From assembly GCA_963674825.1 (NCBI GenBank), contig OY771587.1, positions 2,112,001-2,176,000 of the forward strand: DNA of 64,000 nt. Direction: 5' to 3'. This document shows, piece by piece, positions 38,096-49,105 of the stretch. Positions within the stretch are counted from its first letter, which is position 1. Each line of letters begins with the position of its first letter. Source of the stretch: Candidatus Cloacimonadales bacterium. GTDB lineage: Bacteria; Cloacimonadota; Cloacimonadia; Cloacimonadales; JAIOQZ01. A program made the position numbers and the translations under genes. The notes beneath the pieces are model-generated. The model was not told where the DNA came from, did not search any database, and saw nothing but the letters and a program-made list of their open reading frames with translations.

Positions 38096-39670
38096 CTATT
38101 TCATCAGCGTTATTTTCTTACTGGAGAGTACTTTCCCATCAGCCTTCAGCATGCACATGTAAACACCAGAAGCAAATGTCTCCGGCCTCCATGTTACAGT
38201 AGAGGAGTGGGCATTCAGTTGGAGTGTATCGACTAATTGCCCCTTGATATTGAAAATATCGAGCTGGATTTCACGGTAATTCTGGGCCTGGATATCGAAA
38301 CATATCTCCGGATTGAACGGGTTGGGGTAAGCGTTGAACCAGATTGAGACTTCCGGAACCGTCTGGTCATCGACAGGATTGGGATCACTCTCTTCCAGGT
38401 CGGTGTTTCCGGCATAAACATAGGCTATACCGTTGTAATATGTGTGAGAATCGTCGTCTCCGTCGTCTCCTACTGCAACATCATCACAGCCATCCCCATT
38501 GAAATCGCCAACTGCGAATTGAGGGTAGAAATCGTCATTGTCGTCGTAGTTAAAGTAAATGTCCTGCGTTCCGTTCTGCCCACCGAGGATCCCCCTGATG
38601 TAGGGATCGTCCCCGTAGATAATATCCGAATAGCCGTCGTTGTTGAAGTCACCGGGAAGCGGCCTGAAATAAGACCAGTTGCACTCCAGGATAGTGGTCC
38701 ATTCCCAGTGAATCTCTTCGCCACCCCGCCAGAGCTCCATGCCGGGAAAGTCAGCGTTCATGTTGTAATTCGTGTTGCAGGCGAAGTCATCGTACCCGTC
38801 GGCATTGAAATCACCGACTGACCTTAGCAAAAATCCCTGTCGTGAAGTCCGAAGCACTTCACGGCAGATATCCGGCTCGGTATCGATGACAGGAGCTCCG
38901 AGGAAAATCCAGTCGTTATATGGAAATACGGTGTGCCCGTCAGGTTGGGGAGTTCCTTCAGCAGTGAAATGGTAATAGAAATCGTCGTACCCATCTCCGT
39001 TGATATCGCCCAGTCCCCTGAAATCGCTATCTCCCCGGTTATAGAGGTCGTAAACCATGATCAATGTTTCAAATGTACCACCGTAGATCAGGGTATATGT
39101 GGAGCTATCTGTCACATCGTCGGTAATGCCTGCATCGCAATATCCATCTCCATTAACATCGCCCAAGGGCTCGATTGTCGATAGAGACTGGCTGGTCTCG
39201 AAGGTGTAATCAACCAGAGTGTCGTTTACGGTGTTTCCCAATAGAATTTCGATGCCTTGACTCCAATCTCTTGAAGTTGAGGACCAGTGAAAATAACACC
39301 CCAGGTCTTCGCAGCCATCACCGTTCATGTCGCCGAGATTGCGGATTTCTCGCCAGCGAGAAATATATGTTTTGGTTGTATCGATTTCCGTCGTGACCGA
39401 GTAGCTGCATGAATCGCTCAGCCCATTAGCGCTTCCCCAGTATATATATAACTTCCCCCAGAAAGTTGGGTAGTTCTCATCAGGATGATAGGCTGATGCT
39501 GTGACAGCCAGGTCGTCGTACCCGTCACCATTGAAATCCAACGCCGCGATATAAGATCCGAAATGGTCGTTTTGCTGCTCAGCATTCATAGTCCAGACGA
39601 GATGCATAATATTGACGCAAGATAGGCTCAGGACACCAGCCAGCATGATCAGAACGGTTATCAGTCTCAT
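38096..39670 (-). CDS. Secreted FG-GAP (integrin-alpha-like propeller) repeat protein with T9SS-like CTD
   Basis: About seven (G)D(F/V/I/M)N(G/A/N)DGxxD repeats; AYPNPFNP...SGVY...KKITLMK. Confidence 0.85.
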   Translation of the reverse strand: MRLITVLIMLAGVLSLSCVNIMHLVWTMNAEQQNDHFGSYIAALDFNGDGYDDLAVTASAYHPDENYPTFWGKLYIYWGSANGLSDSCSYSVTTEIDTTKTYISRWREIRNLGDMNGDGCEDLGCYFHWSSTSRDWSQGIEILLGNTVNDTLVDYTFETSQSLSTIEPLGDVNGDGYCDAGITDDVTDSSTYTLIYGGTFETLIMVYDLYNRGDSDFRGLGDINGDGYDDFYYHFTAEGTPQPDGHTVFPYNDWIFLGAPVIDTEPDICREVLRTSRQGFLLRSVGDFNADGYDDFACNTNYNMNADFPGMELWRGGEEIHWEWTTILECNWSYFRPLPGDFNNDGYSDIIYGDDPYIRGILGGQNGTQDIYFNYDDNDDFYPQFAVGDFNGDGCDDVAVGDDGDDDSHTYYNGIAYVYAGNTDLEESDPNPVDDQTVPEVSIWFNAYPNPFNPEICFDIQAQNYREIQLDIFNIKGQLVDTLQLNAHSSTVTWRPETFASGVYMCMLKADGKVLSSKKITLMK

Positions 39671-39695
39671 ATTCATTTCCTCCACATCCTTTCCG

Positions 39696-41861
39696 TTATT
39701 GCAATAGCAGCATTTTTTTCGTCAGGTTCGTTGTTCCGCTCGACAGCCGGTACAGGTAAACGCCGCTGGATACGGATTTGCCCTGGTCATCTTTGCCTGT
39801 CCACACTACGCTGTGGTTGCCTTTCTGTTCCATTTGGTTCACGAGTGTCCTGACAAGCTGTCCTTTGATATTGTACACCTGCAAGTTTACGTGGTTATCT
39901 TCCTGAATCGAATATGAGATCGTCGTTTGCGGATTGAACGGATTGGGGTAGTTGGTCAATGCAAATTCCGGTCTCGGGATCTCATCCTCATCATTATCAA
40001 CAGCCTCTATCTTGAGGACGCTGATCCCTCCATAGCGGTTGTTCAGGATGAGATATTCGCTCTGCTTGAAAATCTGGCTTGTGGATTGATTCCAGCAATA
40101 TGAGTTGGATAACGCCGGATGTTCCGGTGATGTCAGATCGAAAAGTAACAACCGGTTCCACATATTGTCCGCTACAATGAGCTCGCTTTCCATTCTGTAT
40201 GCCGCACCGAACTGATTGCCGCCATCCATGGTAATCGTGTCGGTATGAATCGGGGCAGCTGGATCGAGCAGGTTATAAACCTTGATCGAGGATTCCGTCG
40301 TTACATAGAGATAGTTCAGCATAACGCATACATCCTGGATGACTCCCGGCAATATTGTACAACGGAGTACGGGCGTATTGGCGCTGGCATCGTACACCTG
40401 CAAGACGTTCTCTGTGTTCCAAGCGTATAGAAATTGATTGGCCCAGATGATCCGGTCAAAACCAATGGGCGTCTCGATACTGGTGATCATGGACAGGTCT
40501 TCGGGATCTGTGGCGTCCAGCACAACGATGTGCCCTTCTGAAGTGAGGTAAATTGTATGGTCAACGATCTCTATATCTTTGAAGGTATCGAATCCATACG
40601 GCGAGTAATTATCAATTTCCACAGGGTTTTCCGGATCGCTGTTATCGAAAAGAATGATTCCCATACCGTATTTTGACATGTATATAATGTCGTCGATGAA
40701 ATCAATGTCCAAAGGTCTATACTGAGAGTACATATCGAGTACCAGTTCGGGATTGGCAATATCCCTGTAATCGACGATCCATATATCCGAATACTGCACG
40801 ATATAGAGGTAATCGCCATATTTCTTGATGTAATTGTCTTCTACATAGTCTTCATTTAGCTCGTAATCCGAAAAAACACTGACCAGACGATAGTTTTCAG
40901 GATCTGAGTAATCGATGTAACGCCAGAATCCATTGTCGAGCATTTTCAATCGCTGGTTTCCCAAATCGATAACTCCATTCATGACGGAGCCGTAGCTACA
41001 TATAAGCTCCAAATGGTTTGGGTCTGAGATGTCGATAAGCTTGGTGCTTGTATCGTAATAATAGACGATGGCGAGATCATCCGAAAATTCGACACGCCCG
41101 ACCCCGATCGGGATATCGTCCAACCTTACAGGATTCACGGGATCGGATATATCGATCGAGATCAGGACATCTTCATCCCAACTCGAAGCGAATAGGTAAT
41201 TGTCGCGAATGTAGAGAAAGCCATCGGCATCGACCTGGGATATTTGCACGATGTTATCCGGGTCGCTGATATCATATGCTCTGACAACCGAATTCTTGGC
41301 AGCATATACGATATTGTCCTTAATCACGACATCATCAACATCTGAGCAGACGTAACTTGGGAGCAGTACGGGATTCGTCGGATCGCTGATATCCCATAAA
41401 TCATTAACATAGTATTCCTCCCATTCATCATAATCATAGTAAGACGAGCAGTACAGGATATGGTTATCAGATATTGCCAGGGCATCGTAATAGCCACCAT
41501 TATCCCCACCGCTATATAGATTCTCTTCGACGACAAGTTCCGGACTTGTAATATCACTGATATCATACACTATTAGGCTGCTCACATAAGTTGTGACAAG
41601 ATAATCTCCTTTTATAACTGCATGGAACATATAGGAATGGTAAACGTGGAAATTCAAGAAGCTCAGCTCAACAATGTTCTCCGGATCGGAGACATCGAAA
41701 AGGTACGGATAACCGCCATATTCTTTTGTGGCGATCATCAGGTCGCCGTCTCGGAAACATATCTGATAAATATCCGCTTCACTGCATCGATACTGATGAA
41801 CAACAGCCAGCAGGTTATACGACAGCAAGCATGCGATTGCTAAAACCAATATCCGTTTCAT
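39696..41861 (-). CDS. Secreted LVIVD-repeat beta-propeller protein with FlgD/T9SS-like CTD
   Basis: Many DISDPxNP repeats; NYPNPFNP tail. Confidence 0.85.
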   Translation of the reverse strand: MKRILVLAIACLLSYNLLAVVHQYRCSEADIYQICFRDGDLMIATKEYGGYPYLFDVSDPENIVELSFLNFHVYHSYMFHAVIKGDYLVTTYVSSLIVYDISDITSPELVVEENLYSGGDNGGYYDALAISDNHILYCSSYYDYDEWEEYYVNDLWDISDPTNPVLLPSYVCSDVDDVVIKDNIVYAAKNSVVRAYDISDPDNIVQISQVDADGFLYIRDNYLFASSWDEDVLISIDISDPVNPVRLDDIPIGVGRVEFSDDLAIVYYYDTSTKLIDISDPNHLELICSYGSVMNGVIDLGNQRLKMLDNGFWRYIDYSDPENYRLVSVFSDYELNEDYVEDNYIKKYGDYLYIVQYSDIWIVDYRDIANPELVLDMYSQYRPLDIDFIDDIIYMSKYGMGIILFDNSDPENPVEIDNYSPYGFDTFKDIEIVDHTIYLTSEGHIVVLDATDPEDLSMITSIETPIGFDRIIWANQFLYAWNTENVLQVYDASANTPVLRCTILPGVIQDVCVMLNYLYVTTESSIKVYNLLDPAAPIHTDTITMDGGNQFGAAYRMESELIVADNMWNRLLLFDLTSPEHPALSNSYCWNQSTSQIFKQSEYLILNNRYGGISVLKIEAVDNDEDEIPRPEFALTNYPNPFNPQTTISYSIQEDNHVNLQVYNIKGQLVRTLVNQMEQKGNHSVVWTGKDDQGKSVSSGVYLYRLSSGTTNLTKKMLLLQ

Positions 41862-41877
41862 TACCCCTCCCAGAGTG

Positions 41878-44040
41878 TCACTTCATGAGTATCATCTTGT
41901 TCGTAATATCGTGCTTATTGCACCGGATGCGGTAGAGGTAGATACCTGATGGCATTGATGTATCCGTATCGTCCATGCCATCCCACGCAATCTGGTGATT
42001 TCCGGCTTCCAGCCTTTCATTAACCAGCGTTCTTACGCGTTGGCCCTTGATGTTGTAGATCGTCAATTCGGTATGTCCTTCCTGTGGCAGGTCCATCCAG
42101 ATTGTCGTGGATGGATTGAAGGGATTCGGGAAGTTGCCTGCGCTGATATCGGGTCTGACAATATCTTGCGGATCGGTATCGACCGCAGAGAGCGAGAAAA
42201 CATCGATAATTGGATAACCGGAGCAAACATAGAGGCAGTCGTCCTTCTTCTGCATTGTATGCGTGGGGCGGCTCCAGCGATAGGACTCTTCAAGAACAGG
42301 CTCCTGTGGATTGCTGATATCATAGGTCAGAATTCTATACCACAGATTGTCAGCAATTATCAGTTTGTCGCCGTCCGGCAGGCATGTACCGAAATTACAG
42401 CCATTGTTCATCGTAATACTGCTCAGCAGAATTGGATTTGCCGGGTCATTGACATCATATAAATCCACATGGGAATCGCATACAACAATCAACGTTGTTC
42501 CGGAAATGGCGACGTCATTGATCGTTCCAGGCTGAAGCGATGCCTGAAAGACCGGTATGACTACGTTTGTCAGGGAGAAGATGTTCAATCCATCGTTCTC
42601 ATTCCATAGTAACATGGTATCATCATCGATCAGGATATGGTCGTTCGGGCCGAAGTTATCCAGATGAGAATGTAGAAGCGGGTTGTCCAGATTGTTAATG
42701 AAGATTATACCTAGTTTGTCATCGTGAGTGCAATATAGATAATCGCCGTGTATCGCGAGTTCTTTCATATTATTGAAGAAGCTGTTACAATACGTTGCTA
42801 TATTTACGAAGTTTGAATGGTTACTGACATCGTATATGAAGATAGCTCCTTCGCCATCGTAGTACGAAGTATAGAACAGGTGGTCGTTGTCAATAAGGGC
42901 ATCGGTAATCGGATAAACATTCAATTCTCTGATACTCGTTGGGTTTGACGGATCTTCAAGAGAAAAAATCCTTACTCTCCCCAACGTGCTGTTACCGTAG
43001 ATTGCTATTAAATAGTCTTCCATAACTTTGAAAGTGCAGTTCGATTCAGGGAAAGTTGTCAATCCTCCAATATCACGAATCAAGCCGTCGGTTTGTGGAT
43101 CGGAGTAATCGAAGCACGTCCAATAACCTTCGATAGGCATGAAGATGTTCTCTCTATCAAGGAAGCATTGCTTGGTAGGTCCGACAAACGATCCAATGAC
43201 CTGCGGATTCGTGGAATCCTCGACGTTTACGATTGAGTAGGGAATAATATTGTTATTGAACCGCCCGATGACAATCATGTCATCAACAAGATGGATTGTT
43301 CCTCCATAAACGGAGATTTGCATGAGCTCGACAGGGTTTTCATTCGACGAGAAATCAAATGTCGTCAACGAACCGCCGCAAGAAGTATACAGGATGTCAT
43401 TAGCAATGAACAGGTCGATCGTATTGTAATCCAGCCCGATTGTGTGAGAATAGCTCAATCCCTGTTGTGACATATTATATGCAGAGATGGTGTAGCCTTC
43501 GAGAACGTAGGCCATATTGTTATATAATGCGATCGCTTTGGTATCTCCCGATATGACAGAAAAACCATTCAGTAACGGTTGTGTCGGATCGGATACATCC
43601 CAACTCAGCCATCGGGGGCTGTAACCGGATGGTCTGTATACGTAACACAAATGCCCGTTATGAACCTCGAACAGGAATAGGCTGACCGCGTACGAATGCT
43701 CTCCGATATCGATTACCTGGACGATCTCCGGGATTTCAGGATTCTGTATGTTTACGATGGATATCTGCCCGGACATATCCAATGCATAAAGGTACTCGCC
43801 ATCAATAACGGCACTATCGCAATCGACGATTTCTGGGACAGTTGAAATCACGACCGGATTTTGTTTATCCGCAATGCTGTACAGCGTCAGGACTCCATCC
43901 TGGCGATTGCCTGCCAGCAAATCACCATCCCATGTCAATATCTTGTCCATGTCTGTTGGTGTTGCGTCCGAAATATAGATCGCGCCATACAGACCAATAC
44001 ACAATACTACCAGCGATACAGTTATCAATGCCCTTCCCAT
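41878..44040 (-). CDS. Secreted LVIVD-repeat beta-propeller protein with FlgD/T9SS-like CTD (paralogue of 39696-41861)
   Basis: DVSDPTQP/DVNDPANP repeats, shared LI(I/V)ADNxWxR motif, NFPNPFNP tail. Confidence 0.85.
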   Translation of the reverse strand: MGRALITVSLVVLCIGLYGAIYISDATPTDMDKILTWDGDLLAGNRQDGVLTLYSIADKQNPVVISTVPEIVDCDSAVIDGEYLYALDMSGQISIVNIQNPEIPEIVQVIDIGEHSYAVSLFLFEVHNGHLCYVYRPSGYSPRWLSWDVSDPTQPLLNGFSVISGDTKAIALYNNMAYVLEGYTISAYNMSQQGLSYSHTIGLDYNTIDLFIANDILYTSCGGSLTTFDFSSNENPVELMQISVYGGTIHLVDDMIVIGRFNNNIIPYSIVNVEDSTNPQVIGSFVGPTKQCFLDRENIFMPIEGYWTCFDYSDPQTDGLIRDIGGLTTFPESNCTFKVMEDYLIAIYGNSTLGRVRIFSLEDPSNPTSIRELNVYPITDALIDNDHLFYTSYYDGEGAIFIYDVSNHSNFVNIATYCNSFFNNMKELAIHGDYLYCTHDDKLGIIFINNLDNPLLHSHLDNFGPNDHILIDDDTMLLWNENDGLNIFSLTNVVIPVFQASLQPGTINDVAISGTTLIVVCDSHVDLYDVNDPANPILLSSITMNNGCNFGTCLPDGDKLIIADNLWYRILTYDISNPQEPVLEESYRWSRPTHTMQKKDDCLYVCSGYPIIDVFSLSAVDTDPQDIVRPDISAGNFPNPFNPSTTIWMDLPQEGHTELTIYNIKGQRVRTLVNERLEAGNHQIAWDGMDDTDTSMPSGIYLYRIRCNKHDITNKMILMK

Positions 44041-44249
44041 GATTTCTCCTGATGGTTAATGAACAAATATCGAAAGATTTTTAGAGCTCTGTCAAGAAAA
44101 ATCCATTGGAAACATGTTATTCTTTAAAAAAAACATGAATACCTAAATAATGACTGCGATCGGCATTTTGAAGATGCTGTTGATGATGCAGGATGTCTCT
44201 AAGCATTGATTTCTCTGGACAAGCATTTCCCTGCTTCCACACTTGCTTC

Positions 44250-44798
44250 ATGAGTAATGTAAAGGCAAAACTACTGGTCCACATCTGTTGCGGCCCTTGT
44301 TTCATCGCACCGCATCAGCATTTGAAAGCGGAAGGTGAGTACGACATCCATGGCTTTTGGTTCAATCCGAACATCCATCCGTGGACGGAAAACCGGAAAA
44401 GGTTGGAGACGCTTCAGGCGTATGCAGGGAAGGAAGGTGTCCCTCTGATCGTGAAGGACGAATATCTCCTGGAGGAGTTCCTTCGGCAGAGCGCGTTCCG
44501 TGAGCAGGATCGCTGCCGCAGTTGTTACTATGACCGCTTGAAATACGCCGCAATCATCGCGAAGAAGGGTGATTTCGACTTTTTCACCACCACGCTGCTG
44601 TACAGCAAGTTCCAGAAGCACAACCTGATCCGCGAAATCGGCGAAGCGCTTGGACGCGAATATGGCGTACCGTTTCTCTACCGCGATTTCCGCGAGTACT
44701 GGAAAGAAGGAATCGAGCTGTCCAGGCAGGAAGAGATGTACCGGCAGCAGTATTGCGGCTGCATCTACAGCGAAAAAGACCGCTACCTGGGAAAATGA
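44250..44798 (+). CDS. queH: Epoxyqueuosine reductase QueH (DUF208)
   Basis: LLVHICCGPC, FNPNIHP, RCxxCY, FTTTL, YRQQYCGC; start placed at MSNVK. Confidence 0.9.
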   Translation: MSNVKAKLLVHICCGPCFIAPHQHLKAEGEYDIHGFWFNPNIHPWTENRKRLETLQAYAGKEGVPLIVKDEYLLEEFLRQSAFREQDRCRSCYYDRLKYAAIIAKKGDFDFFTTTLLYSKFQKHNLIREIGEALGREYGVPFLYRDFREYWKEGIELSRQEEMYRQQYCGCIYSEKDRYLGK

Positions 44799-45502
44799 GC
44801 GAGCCCCAGAAGGAAACCGAACTTTTCGACCCAGTCAAAGTCTGGCTGGAAAAGAGAGGCTATACCGTTCGCGGCGAGGTCCGTGGATGCGATCTGATCG
44901 CGAAGAAAGACGACGAGGTGATCGCCATCGAGCTCAAGCTACGGCTTAACCTCGAGCTTCTGATTCAGGCTGCGAAACGGCAACGTCTCTCTGAGGCCGT
45001 GTATGTGGCGGTGCCTGCGAAGCAACGGAAGAATCGCAATTGGCGCGGAATCCGGCATTTACTTCGACGGCTGGAACTGGGCTTGATTCTGGTGCATTAC
45101 AGCCTTAAGGAACCACAGGTAGAAATCATTTTTCACCCGATTCCGTTGCAACGCAGGAAGATCAAGCGTGATCGTGCGCTTGTTATACGCGAGGTGGAAG
45201 GACGCGAGACAAACTACAACAAAGGCGGATCGGTTCGGAAAGAGATTGTCACCGCGTACCGGCAGGAGGCGATTCACATCGCGTGCTGCCTTGACCGCTT
45301 CGGCGAACTAAGCCCGAAAAGCTTGCGCGAGATGGGGACAGGGGATCGCACGGGCTCGATTCTCAGCAGCAATTTCTATGGTTGGTTCAGCCGGGTCAGT
45401 CACGGAATATACGCCTTGACAGGCAAAGGCCGGGACGATCTTGTACGCTTCGCGCATGTAGCGCAGAGTTTCTACGAAAGGATGGACGAAACCAATGGAT
45501 AG
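44795..45502 (+). CDS. DUF2161-family putative PD-(D/E)XK phosphodiesterase
   Basis: KETELF, GYTVRGEV, CD, IELK, QA, TAYRQ, NFYGWF; ATGA overlap with queH. Confidence 0.82.
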   Translation: MSEPQKETELFDPVKVWLEKRGYTVRGEVRGCDLIAKKDDEVIAIELKLRLNLELLIQAAKRQRLSEAVYVAVPAKQRKNRNWRGIRHLLRRLELGLILVHYSLKEPQVEIIFHPIPLQRRKIKRDRALVIREVEGRETNYNKGGSVRKEIVTAYRQEAIHIACCLDRFGELSPKSLREMGTGDRTGSILSSNFYGWFSRVSHGIYALTGKGRDDLVRFAHVAQSFYERMDETNG

Positions 45503-46208
45503 AAGAGAACAAGCACTTGAGATATTGCGCAAAGATCCTGTCTGGAACGCGAATATCATCAATTATATTGAAGATCACTCGGTCACGAATATCGACATCG
45601 AAGGCGAATCGGTGATGGCGGTTGGGAAATTGATCCAGCCGAGGGCTTTTATCGCCAGCAAGAATGCCGACGAAGTCAGAGCCTTGATGGAGCGCTTTCC
45701 GGAAACTGTTACCCGGTTTTCCGCACTGGAAGAGTGGATATTGCCGCTTGTGGCTCGAGGCCGGGAGCTTCCGCACTATGTTCCAGCCGATCAGTACATC
45801 CTGCTGGAAGACGTTCGTTTCGACCCACCCAAAGAACAAATCGAGCCGCTCGTTTCCGAAGATACCGACACGATTTTACAGCATATGACATTCACCAGCG
45901 ATTCCCTTCGGGCGAATATCGAAGATCGCATCCATACAGGCATTACGGCTGGCATCCGCAAGGATGGGAGGCTGATTGCCTGGAGCATGACACATCGCGA
46001 TGGAGCACTGGGATTTCTGGGCGTTTTACCGGAATACCGTCGGCAGGGACTGGCCTGGGATCTGACGGTCTATCTTATCGAAAAAGTTCGTGAACGTGGT
46101 CGTATCCCAATGGTTCAGGTACAACCAAAGAGTGTAGAATCAAAGCATCTTGGCCAGAAGATGGGATTCGTTTATCAGAAATCATTGGTCTGGATCGACC
46201 TGCAATAG
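45495..46208 (+). CDS. GNAT-family acetyltransferase
   Basis: VLPEYRRQGLA acetyl-CoA motif and KMGF. Confidence 0.85.
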   Translation: MDRREQALEILRKDPVWNANIINYIEDHSVTNIDIEGESVMAVGKLIQPRAFIASKNADEVRALMERFPETVTRFSALEEWILPLVARGRELPHYVPADQYILLEDVRFDPPKEQIEPLVSEDTDTILQHMTFTSDSLRANIEDRIHTGITAGIRKDGRLIAWSMTHRDGALGFLGVLPEYRRQGLAWDLTVYLIEKVRERGRIPMVQVQPKSVESKHLGQKMGFVYQKSLVWIDLQ

Positions 46209-46264
46209 CCGTTCGATATCGTGTTCTGTCTGTTCGTAGATGGACAGATCGCTGGCTAAGAGGA

Positions 46265-46726
46265 CTATTCTTTAGGCTTTGAATACCATGGCTTTTCGCC
46301 TTCGAGGAACTCCTTGATTCCCTTTCGTTTGATCTTTCTCATATTTTTAATATGCGCGTCACCATGCCCAACCTTCAGGAAATCAAGCTTGCTGCACGTG
46401 ACGAAATCATTGCACTCCCAGCAGCCTTCATATCCTTTCTTCTCAGCGCATAATTTGATAGCGCATCGAGGATTGCCTCCTCCATCGCGGCAGACTTTTC
46501 CGCAGCGCATCTTCACAAACAGGCCCAGCGTTTCGTAACAGGTCTGGTAGTTTTCGAATCCTTTGAAATATGGTATCGTAGCAAGGAGTTCGGCAGTCTT
46601 TTCCGTTCGGTTTTTCCGGAGTTCAGCTCGCAGATCTCTGGCCAGATCGGCGATTTTCCCAACATGAAATGGGCATTCGGCACAATAGAGTCCGCATGGA
46701 GAAACAGCGTTTTGAGAATCGGTCAT
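46265..46726 (-). CDS. DUF3795-like cysteine-rich protein
   Basis: CGLYCAEC...CGKVCR...CAIKLC...GCWEC...C. Confidence 0.78.
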   Translation of the reverse strand: MTDSQNAVSPCGLYCAECPFHVGKIADLARDLRAELRKNRTEKTAELLATIPYFKGFENYQTCYETLGLFVKMRCGKVCRDGGGNPRCAIKLCAEKKGYEGCWECNDFVTCSKLDFLKVGHGDAHIKNMRKIKRKGIKEFLEGEKPWYSKPKE

Positions 46727-46878
46727 ACTTCACCTCCCGTATGGGGCCTTATGAAAGAACGATAATGAGTCTTGACAAGAAAAACCTTTTGCGCCTGAAT
46801 GGACCGCGAAATGCATTCCACCATTCTTGATCGTAACATCGTAATACCCGTTTGACCCACAACCAGAGCAAGAAAAGG

Positions 46879-49041
46879 ATGATCTACTTGAAAACGACAC
46901 TGGTATTATTGTTTGTAATTGTGTCCTCGATATGTCTGGCAAAACCGGAAATTCCGATCGTCAGGGTGCATCAGCCCATCACGGTGGATGGATATGAAAA
47001 CGATTGGGAAGGCATCGAGCCTCTTCCGCAGCCTATAACCTATAATCCTGTGGAAGGCAACAAACCGGTCTACGAGACCGAAGCACGCATCGCGTATGAC
47101 GATGACTATTTTTACACTCTCTTCATCAGTGAAATCGAAGATCCGGATAATCTTATTGCCACCGTCGCCACGCGCGAAAACTGGGACAGCGATGAGCAGG
47201 TGGCTTTCGCGATTGACGTGTTCAATTCCGACCGCGGTGCGTATCTGTTCAACTTCAATCCGTACGGCAACCCGAAGGACTGGATCTCTTCCGCGGCGGG
47301 GTACTCGGATATGAACTGGAATGTGCCGCTCAAGGTAAAATCGCGCATCTACCAGGATCACTATGTAGTCGAGGTGGCAATACCCTTTGCGTCGCTTCCC
47401 TTTGACGATACCCTGGAAGAGCAGCGTTGGGGGTTCTACTACTTCCGTCTGGACAAGACCCACAACGAGCAATCGCTCTATCCGCAGCGAACGCATCAAT
47501 TGCAGAATATCTATGCGCAATCCGGCGTTCTTTCCGGCTTGCGTGGCATCAAATCAGGTAAGCAGATCGAGCTGTTGCCTTACGTATTCTCGTCGTACAT
47601 ACGTGATGAAGACGAATGGAAAACGGATGCCGGTATCGACGCTTCCAGTGCAATCAGTACGAATCTGACGCTTTCTGCGACGATCAATCCCGATTATTCG
47701 CAGATTGAATCGGATCCCATGAATGTCGATATCAACCAGCGGGATCCGCAGTACCTCTCGGAGAAACGACCGTTCTTTACACGAGGTATGGATTTCTTCA
47801 GCACCGGGCAGTTCGACCTCGTCTATACACGCAACATCGTCAATCCTGTGGCGGGTGTTAAGCTCAGTGGGAAGTATCCAACTGCATGTATCGGCTTTGT
47901 TTCCGCCCTGGACGAAGGTATCCACGAGAACAAAGAACATCTCTACAACCTCTTCCGCTACCGCAAAGATATCCTGGAAGAATCGACTGTAGGTGTGCTG
48001 CTGACCGACAAAGAGGATATGGCTTCTTCCAGCTACAACCGGGTTGCAGCGGTCGACGGCTTCTTTTCGCTACCGTCCAATATCCGCATTAAAACACAAA
48101 CAGCCTGGAGTTTCGATAGCCTCCGAACCGATGTCGAGAACCAGATCGAAGGCTACAACGACGATGGCTGGGCTCATAACACGACGGTTGAGCATAACGG
48201 CGAACACAGCTACAACGATTTCTACTTCGAGGCTGTAAGTGAATACTTCGAGCCGGGAACGGGCTACATGAGTCGAATGAAGAAACACCGTTACCAGCTT
48301 GGTACGCATAACAAATACGATATGCTGGGCAGAAACAGCCTTTGGAACGAGGTTGAAGTCTTTTTCGGCATGAAGAATCGTTACAGCATGGAAAGCGATC
48401 CGCTCGACCAGTATATCTGGGTCGGTATTTCGAGTGACTGGCGGAGTGTTGGCAACTCCGAATTCAAGATCGAGATCAACAACGAGACGTACGATTATCT
48501 GGATGAAAACGGAGATCCTCAGTCGCGCAAGCTTAATTCGCTTCGCTATGTTATCACGAACTGGAAGATGTTCAGCGGATCGTTCAATGCCTGGCTGAAC
48601 GGAAACTTCGGTTCCGATCCCTATTACGGCGGCGAGGGATTCGAAGGGTGGAGCGTCTTTGCCGAAGTCGGGTGTAACCTCGACCTGTTCGATCGGCTCT
48701 CCATCAAGCCCAATTTCCAGTACTCCGACTTCTACAAGGAATGTGGTGGCGCTCGCGTTTATCAGTGGTACACACTGTGGAATCAGACGACACTGCTCCT
48801 TTCGCAAAACCTGTATGTTCGCAACATTACTCAGGGCATGTATCAGAAGGTTTACGACATGGATACCGGGCAACTGGCATACAAATCAACGGAATATTCG
48901 AACAGCCTGCTTATGACTTGGGAATATAGTCCGCTCAGCAACATCTATTTCGGTGTTAACTTCATCGATTTCGATCGATGGGACAACATATCCAATCACG
49001 CACAGCTCTTTTTCAAGGGTAATTATTTGTGGACATTATAA
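46879..49041 (+). CDS. CBM9-like plus DUF5916 outer-membrane protein
   Basis: Signal peptide, ITVDG...W, EVAIPF, TINPDYSQIE, EKRPFF, barrel-type C-terminus FFKGNYLW. Confidence 0.78.
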   Translation: MIYLKTTLVLLFVIVSSICLAKPEIPIVRVHQPITVDGYENDWEGIEPLPQPITYNPVEGNKPVYETEARIAYDDDYFYTLFISEIEDPDNLIATVATRENWDSDEQVAFAIDVFNSDRGAYLFNFNPYGNPKDWISSAAGYSDMNWNVPLKVKSRIYQDHYVVEVAIPFASLPFDDTLEEQRWGFYYFRLDKTHNEQSLYPQRTHQLQNIYAQSGVLSGLRGIKSGKQIELLPYVFSSYIRDEDEWKTDAGIDASSAISTNLTLSATINPDYSQIESDPMNVDINQRDPQYLSEKRPFFTRGMDFFSTGQFDLVYTRNIVNPVAGVKLSGKYPTACIGFVSALDEGIHENKEHLYNLFRYRKDILEESTVGVLLTDKEDMASSSYNRVAAVDGFFSLPSNIRIKTQTAWSFDSLRTDVENQIEGYNDDGWAHNTTVEHNGEHSYNDFYFEAVSEYFEPGTGYMSRMKKHRYQLGTHNKYDMLGRNSLWNEVEVFFGMKNRYSMESDPLDQYIWVGISSDWRSVGNSEFKIEINNETYDYLDENGDPQSRKLNSLRYVITNWKMFSGSFNAWLNGNFGSDPYYGGEGFEGWSVFAEVGCNLDLFDRLSIKPNFQYSDFYKECGGARVYQWYTLWNQTTLLLSQNLYVRNITQGMYQKVYDMDTGQLAYKSTEYSNSLLMTWEYSPLSNIYFGVNFIDFDRWDNISNHAQLFFKGNYLWTL

Positions 49042-49105
49042 ATTGTGTAACCATGAAATGGATTCATCATTTTACTTTGTGAGACCGAATTACCGGAGGG
49101 GAAAT

